A DNA stretch of 64,000 nucleotides from Bacteroidota bacterium (GTDB taxonomy: Bacteria; Bacteroidota; Bacteroidia; 2-12-FULL-35-15), in contig JAOQAG010000019.1 of assembly GCA_025963715.1 (NCBI GenBank), positions 15,330 to 79,329 on the forward strand, in the 5' to 3' direction. A program made the translations under genes and the position numbers. Shown in pieces: positions 58,627 through 64,000 of this stretch. The first letter of the stretch is position 1, and each line of letters starts with the position of its first letter. Under the pieces are notes generated by a model, which was not told the DNA's origin, did no database searches, and was given only the letters and a program-made list of their open reading frames with translations.

Positions 58627-59619
58627 ATGACTGAAGACGAAATTCGTAATAGTTGGATTTACCAAACCACGGGTGAGATCAATCTTCATCAACCTGGAGT
58701 TGATATTGGAACACAGCCAATTCGTGTTGTACATGCTTTGACAATTTATCTTTATCAGCGGACTAATCCTGAATTTTTTAATGAAATTTTATCTGGTAAA
58801 GGTGCAGGGGATAATATTGATCTGGTGGTTGGTGAAGAACCCATTACAATTGAATCTGGTGGTAAAAGAACCCCAAGAGTGCATCTGAATACAAAAAAAA
58901 TTGAACTGCACGAAACTTTTCTTTCTTATTTGTGGGCTACAATTTATTCGATATTTGTTCTTCATTCAGAAACCATTGATTATCCTGAGATAAATGCAAG
59001 GGTTGGATTGATAAGATATCCAATTTCAGAAGCAAACATTGCTTCCGCAAAAGAATTGTTTGCATATGCAAAAAAAATAATACGATTTTTTGATACTTGG
59101 GATAAGGAAACACTTCCCAATCCTGAAGTGTTTCCAGCTGAAAACAGGCACTATGTGCGACAAACTTGCGCCTTTTATACAGAAGCTGTGAAATTTATTC
59201 TATGTCATGAATATACGCACTTAAGAGACCATAGTCATAAATACGCAAATGCTGATGTATCACATTTTCTTGAATTTGAAAAGGAAGCGGATAACAATGC
59301 AATAGATATGATGAAAAAGGGAATTACACCCATCAATCAGTTAGCAGTCGAAAATGGCATTATTTTCGGTCTTTTATCCATGTTTTTTTTCGGTGCTAAT
59401 ACTAGTGGAGGACTGACACATCCTAATGTGGAGGATCGTTTAATAAATGCAATTGAGCGACTTGATTTAATTGACAATCAATATCCCTGGCAATTAGCGT
59501 ATGTTGCTTTTAAACTTTGGGATGAACAATTTGAACTTAATCTAGAATGGAAAAACTTGCCAACATACCAAGAGAAATTCCATGACATTATACTACAAAT
59601 AAAACAAAGGTCCGCATAA
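58627..59619 (+). CDS. Phage exclusion protein Lit-like metallopeptidase (U49); ATG start reassigned
   Basis: FILCHEYTH, EKEADNNA, THP..EDRL. Confidence 0.72.
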   Translation: MTEDEIRNSWIYQTTGEINLHQPGVDIGTQPIRVVHALTIYLYQRTNPEFFNEILSGKGAGDNIDLVVGEEPITIESGGKRTPRVHLNTKKIELHETFLSYLWATIYSIFVLHSETIDYPEINARVGLIRYPISEANIASAKELFAYAKKIIRFFDTWDKETLPNPEVFPAENRHYVRQTCAFYTEAVKFILCHEYTHLRDHSHKYANADVSHFLEFEKEADNNAIDMMKKGITPINQLAVENGIIFGLLSMFFFGANTSGGLTHPNVEDRLINAIERLDLIDNQYPWQLAYVAFKLWDEQFELNLEWKNLPTYQEKFHDIILQIKQRSA

Positions 59620-59626
59620 CCTCTCA

Positions 59627-59673
59627 ACGTTTCCAATCTTTATAAAGCCCAGGAACGTTCCTATTCTTTAAAA
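59627..59673 (-). repeat. Right subterminal repeats
   Basis: Reverse complements TTTTAAAGAATAGGAACGT (59655-73) and TTATAAAGATTGGAAACGT (59627-45). Confidence 0.65.
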
Positions 59674-59711
59674 CTTTAGGACTAAGAGCGGTTCTAAACT
59701 ACATACGTACC

Positions 59712-59719
59712 CAATTTAT
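59712..59719 (+). repeat. Right 8-bp target-site duplication CAATTTAT
   Basis: Identical to 35456-35463. Confidence 0.92.
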
Positions 59720-60362
59720 TTAACACCTTTAATTCTTTAAATGTTTTTTCTTCTTCATACTCAAGATTATTATCGTAAACATTTTGATAATTAAACTTAT
59801 ATTCTTTGGTTGCTTTGTTTACTTTCTCGATATCAAGTTCTTCTTTCGCAGAATCAATAGCGTCCTGAAAAATTATAATTTCTTCACGAAGATTTGTTTG
59901 CAGATCTTCTAACAATTTTTTTTCTTTACTTAAATCTATTACAGCTTTTCCGATTATATACCCTTCTATCTCACCATCTGCTTTATAATGCAATTCTTCT
60001 ATATTTTCTTTAACATAATCACTATTAAATACATGAAAAATATATCCAGTATCATTAATAATTACAGGCTCTTTATTCTTTTGTAATTTTATTGAAAGAT
60101 TTCTTGTTGTTTCCACGTTCTCCTTTTTTTCTTTAATTTGAAATGCAAAGGACCCACTGGTTTTGTTTATGGCTAATAGCTTATTGGTTTTTTCTGCAGT
60201 ATTTACATTAATCAATCGAAACATACGACTTAAAAAAGTTTTTCCACTTCCATTATTAGCAAAAACCCCAATTTTCAAAGCAGTCATAGGAAAAGTAGCG
60301 GTCAAATTTTCATGTGGACCAATATTTTGAGCTTCTATTTTTGTATTAATAGTTTTTGCCAT
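59712..60362 (-). pseudogene. N-terminal 217 codons of the disrupted RloC-like AAA_13 gene
   Basis: Walker A FANNGSGKT, HVFNSDYV..N; the tracked ORF ends inside the transposon TIR. Confidence 0.88.
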
Positions 60363-60448
60363 AATTTGTAAATATATTTTGTTAGTAGTAATCTTATCCC
60401 AATAAAGAAATTGATTCTTTATTGGAATAAGATCTTTCTATGAGATGA

Positions 60449-60658
60449 TTAAATCTTTATAAATTCATATTTATTTTTAATATTAGCAGCAAAATATTCT
60501 CCATGCGAAGATGCACTCATTAAACCCTCATATTCATATTTAGGAACATCTAAATATTGATAAACACCACTGCTTTTAAATTCAATTTCTAAAATTTTTG
60601 AACTGGCATCGTAACCTACCGAGGCTAAATTTGATGATACAACGGAATCTCTTTTCAT
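60449..60658 (-). CDS. KTSC domain protein
   Basis: V.SSNLASVGYD..LEIEF..G.YQY..VP...Y.GL..ASS.G.YF..NIK. Confidence 0.92.
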   Translation of the reverse strand: MKRDSVVSSNLASVGYDASSKILEIEFKSSGVYQYLDVPKYEYEGLMSASSHGEYFAANIKNKYEFIKI

Positions 60659-60691
60659 ATTTTTAGTTTTAATTGTTATTAATTATGATTA

Positions 60692-61954
60692 TTATTCTAA
60701 TTCTAAAAGATTATCTGTTTTCCCAATTAGTTTCAAGTCAGGAATAGAATTACCGGCAATACCTTTTATAGAGCCGATAAAATGATTTGTATTTAGTAAG
60801 ACTTTTTCAAGTTGTTTTTCTCGTTGTTTCCAGATTCGTTCCATTGCTCGTTTTTCCTGTGCATAACTGTTATGCAATTCTGTAAACCCTTCTATAATTG
60901 CTCCAACCTGCAACCTAAATTCATTGCCAGTCAAATAATCATATAACATTTGCATTTTCTCTCCTTTGTTTGTTTGAGAAGAATATGCTTCATTTATTTT
61001 TATTAAACTCTCACGAAGTACCAAAACCAATCCTTTAAAATCCGGGAAGGAGCAAATCCATATTCCATCTTTTTGTCCAATTCGTTCAATACCTTCTGGC
61101 AATGCTTCTGTTACTATTATACAGATGTCGGCTTTATTCGCAACAGCATCTACTTTAAGTTTGTTGATCCATTCGTTGCTGAATGATTTTGTCCGTTTAC
61201 TTTCATACAGGATCGTCCCGCAATCAACCCCGGTTTTATTTCTTACCGTATGAATCACATCTGCACCTTTAACGCCTTTCCCAACTTCTGAAATCAAATC
61301 GAACGGAAATAAGCTTTTCAAGATTTCTTCTATTGCCAGCTCCTGAACTTCTCCTTGTAATTGCATAGAACCCTGCTCGGCTTTACGCTTCATTTCTTCG
61401 GCAAGTTCTTTTTGATCTTCAAGCTGCTTTTCCAACTCTTTTATTTTCATTGTAGATGCTTCATCAACCTGTTTTTTAATTTTCACCTTTTCTTCTTTCA
61501 GTTTTTCTGAAAACTCTTTTTCTTTTTCTAAAGCAACAACATCGCGCAATTCTTCTTTCTCCCTTTTAAGCTTTTCAACTTCTGCTTTGGTTTTATTTAG
61601 ATCTTTAACCTGCCCGGATTTTTGCTCTAATTCCTTTTGCAACAATGCCATTTGTTCAGAAGTTTCTTCTGTTATTGTATTCCGTATAGATTTTTCAAGT
61701 TTCAATTTTTCAGCATTTAGCTTTGTTTTCACTGTCGCATCAACTTGCTCTTGCATACTTTCCTTATCTTTAGCAAGCTGTTCCTTTTCTGCATTCAATT
61801 CATTCAGTTTTTTCTGTAATTCTTTATCTTTTTTAGCATTTTTCTCGGCAAAATCTTTTGAAAGTTTATCCTGAACCTGATGATATAAAATATCACTCAC
61901 GTTAATTTCCTTCCCACATTCGGGACAATTAATAATAGTATTATCTGTATCCAT
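60692..61954 (-). CDS. DUF2130 domain protein
   Basis: N-terminal CPEC, long coiled coil, QGSMQLQGEVQE, FPFD, GADV, ILYESKRTK. Confidence 0.9.
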   Translation of the reverse strand: MDTDNTIINCPECGKEINVSDILYHQVQDKLSKDFAEKNAKKDKELQKKLNELNAEKEQLAKDKESMQEQVDATVKTKLNAEKLKLEKSIRNTITEETSEQMALLQKELEQKSGQVKDLNKTKAEVEKLKREKEELRDVVALEKEKEFSEKLKEEKVKIKKQVDEASTMKIKELEKQLEDQKELAEEMKRKAEQGSMQLQGEVQELAIEEILKSLFPFDLISEVGKGVKGADVIHTVRNKTGVDCGTILYESKRTKSFSNEWINKLKVDAVANKADICIIVTEALPEGIERIGQKDGIWICSFPDFKGLVLVLRESLIKINEAYSSQTNKGEKMQMLYDYLTGNEFRLQVGAIIEGFTELHNSYAQEKRAMERIWKQREKQLEKVLLNTNHFIGSIKGIAGNSIPDLKLIGKTDNLLELE

Positions 61955-62058
61955 GGTTTTCTATTTAATTTTAATTTAGGCTAATGTATCGCATTCAAAA
62001 TTTATAATCCACCCGTAAAAACACGGTAAAAACTGCGTAAATCACGGATGCTTGTTAC

Positions 62059-62478
62059 TTAATTTGCCGTTGCTCCCACCACATCCAACCCAACAGAATT
62101 CGCAGCTCCAACCTTATCCACCTTTAGTTCAAATTTCTTTTGTCCGTGCGGAGGAAAAAAATCATAAACAGTATAATTGCTGCTGCTTAATTCTGTTTTT
62201 GTTTTGCTGTAAAAAGTCACTTTTATTACTGCATCTTTATAATTAGCAACTGTTGCAGCATTGCTGATTGTTCCTTCTATCTTAAACTTATCACCCCAAA
62301 AATTGCTATTGTAGGTACCTGCCACACTCAAAAAAGTAGTTGGCTGTGAGCGCTCTATTTCTTCAACAGATTGTACCTGCTGCTGGTAACCGCCGTTATT
62401 ATTTCCACCATGATTATTGCTACAGGCATATAATCCAATGATCAATGTAAATGTGATGAGTAGTTGTTTTGTTTTCAT
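62059..62478 (-). CDS. Lipoprotein, FxLYD-like fold; start reassigned to MKTKQ
   Basis: Lipobox LYAC; GTISNAA..YKD...VTFYSK. Confidence 0.7.
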   Translation of the reverse strand: MKTKQLLITFTLIIGLYACSNNHGGNNNGGYQQQVQSVEEIERSQPTTFLSVAGTYNSNFWGDKFKIEGTISNAATVANYKDAVIKVTFYSKTKTELSSSNYTVYDFFPPHGQKKFELKVDKVGAANSVGLDVVGATAN

Positions 62479-62894
62479 ATAATTTTTGTTTGTGGTTAGT
62501 ATGTAATTGTTTGGAAGAAGTAGAGAATAAAACCGCGTAAAGATGAACCATCCCTTCCACATTTCACTGGACACTTTTCGACTTCCAGGACATTTTCAGG
62601 GGATCAGTGTTTGTTTCGCCCACAAGCCAAACTGTACAAGCATTACAAGAGTATTTACGGAAGTGATTGCTCCCATGCGCTAAAAAAGAAGATTACCCAA
62701 AGGAAAGAAGCATCAACCTGCTGAACAATGCATTATTATCGATTACGCTTTACTAAAAAACAAAATGAATAAAAGATACGAAGCAATAGATATGCTTCAT
62801 TTCGTAGAAATTTGATTTCTTAATGAAATGGATAAACTTCTCCACAAACAAAAATTAAAATAAATTCCTTAACTTAAAACTCTCAATCAGCAGC

Positions 62895-64000
62895 ATGGCT
62901 TTATCAACACAAAAAATAAAATTACTCCCGCACACGTTGTTGTTGCTATTGGTTATTGCCTGTGCTTTTAAAGGAGTTTGCCAGGAAGTAATAGTACCGT
63001 CTGCACCTAAATATGCTGATGGAGTGTATACAAAAGAAGGAGCACCCTCCCTGAAAACCACAGATCTTACCTGGGAAAACATAAATACACCGGTTTGTTT
63101 TTATAACACTACCGCCGCAAAAAATGCACAATACAAGATCAGTTATTTTAAAAAATATTTTTCACAAGCGCCACTTTCATTCAGCGAATGTGTTTATGTA
63201 AATCCGGCAAACGATCAGCAATTCAACCTCATCCACACCATTCTATTGGCAGATGATAAAACCGTTGCACCCGCACATCCCAATGCATTCCGTTTTTATG
63301 CAGATACAGTGGCTGATCCCGGTGCGCTTGAACCTGCATCGGATTATCTCACGCTCATTAAATTAAAAAAGCCCATCGAGGATTTTTACCAGCCTTATTA
63401 TTTCAAAAAAACAGAGGTTACCAATAAAGAGTACCACCAATTTGTTAACTGGGTGCTGGATTCCATTGCGCGCACGCTGCTTGCCGAGGATAATGAAGAG
63501 GATTCTGTATTTTACATCAATGGCCGGTATGCCGATAAGCCTTTACTGAACAAAGAATTAAAGATCGACTGGGCTGACCCGAACGTAAAAGAAGTATTGG
63601 AATGCCTTTACCTGCCGCCCGAAGAGCGCTTTTACAGAAGAAGGGAAATAGATCCGCGCAGGCTGAATTACAGGTATGAAGTAAATAATGTAACACAATG
63701 CACCAACGTATTCCCCGATACGATGGTATGGCACAATGATTTTCCAGCGCAGGACATACTTACCAACTTGTATTTCTGGCACATTGCTTTCGCTGATTAC
63801 CCGGTGGTTGGCATTACGCAGGAACAGGCCAATGCTTTCCTGGCATGGAAAACAAAACTAAAGCAGGAAGAGCTGGACCGCCTGCACAGCAATTACATGG
63901 TGAGGTATGAGCTGCCCGATGAAATGGAATGGGAGATGATGGCGGCAAAAGACAAAGAGCATTTTTATGCAACGGAATACACGCCTTTTACCGATGCAGG
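62895..64000 (+). CDS. GldK-like FGE-sulfatase/SUMF1 domain protein, runs off the window (absent from ORF track)
   Basis: Manual translation: YYFKKTEVTNKEYHQFVNWVLDS..FPDTMVW..DYPVVGITQEQANAF..YELPDEMEWE. Confidence 0.8.
   Translation, partial: MALSTQKIKLLPHTLLLLLVIACAFKGVCQEVIVPSAPKYADGVYTKEGAPSLKTTDLTWENINTPVCFYNTTAAKNAQYKISYFKKYFSQAPLSFSECVYVNPANDQQFNLIHTILLADDKTVAPAHPNAFRFYADTVADPGALEPASDYLTLIKLKKPIEDFYQPYYFKKTEVTNKEYHQFVNWVLDSIARTLLAEDNEEDSVFYINGRYADKPLLNKELKIDWADPNVKEVLECLYLPPEERFYRRREIDPRRLNYRYEVNNVTQCTNVFPDTMVWHNDFPAQDILTNLYFWHIAFADYPVVGITQEQANAFLAWKTKLKQEELDRLHSNYMVRYELPDEMEWEMMAAKDKEHFYATEYTPFTDA

Larger units (their letters stand above)
35464..59711. mobile_element. 24,248-bp IS1595-family unit transposon with defence-like cargo
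   Basis: TIRs GGTACGTATGTGGTTCAACACC (35464-35485) and GGTACGTATGTAGTTTAGAACC (reverse complement of 59690-59711), 18/22 identical; exact 8-bp TSD; internal IS1595 transposase; interrupts an ORF in frame. Confidence 0.9.

Noticed and set aside
1-64000. tRNA, rRNA or prophage
   Set aside because: No cloverleaf or rRNA-like sequence noticed by eye, and no phage structural, terminase or integrase genes

Overview
Bacteroidota chromosome segment (TAnnTTTG promoters, TonB receptor, GldK-like gene). Positions 1-33.7 kb are housekeeping genes: trxB, DUF4249/TonB receptor, YitT, MMPL/MFS transporters, a desaturase/DUF1295/CFA-methylase/FAD-oxidoreductase/DUF1365 lipid-modification cluster, USP/CPA2/miaE, S1-P1 nuclease/comB/gcvT, GT4/capD-like and nnr. 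Their intergenic spaces are mosaics of short recurring modules joined at a (G/A/T)CTGTGT motif. From about 33.8 to 62.8 kb the DNA is visibly more AT-rich and accessory. The main result is a 24,248-bp unit transposon (35464-59711). It has 22-bp imperfect terminal inverted repeats (GGTACGTATGT...), an exact 8-bp target duplication (CAATTTAT) and subterminal repeats. Its single IS1595-family transposase sits in the middle, is translationally coupled to a DUF2779 (Cas4-like plus exonuclease) gene, and lies back-to-back with a candidate ~130-nt small RNA. The cargo is largely defence-like: Abi-alpha-like x2, HNH, Mrr-like, HEPN, SF1 helicase plus an unknown partner, XRE/ImmA/PIN, a PD-(D/E)xK pair, Lit peptidase and an orphan CheD-like deamidase. 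The element split an RloC-like ATPase/HEPN gene whose halves rejoin in frame to 746 aa. All calls are by eye from motifs; no database searches were run.
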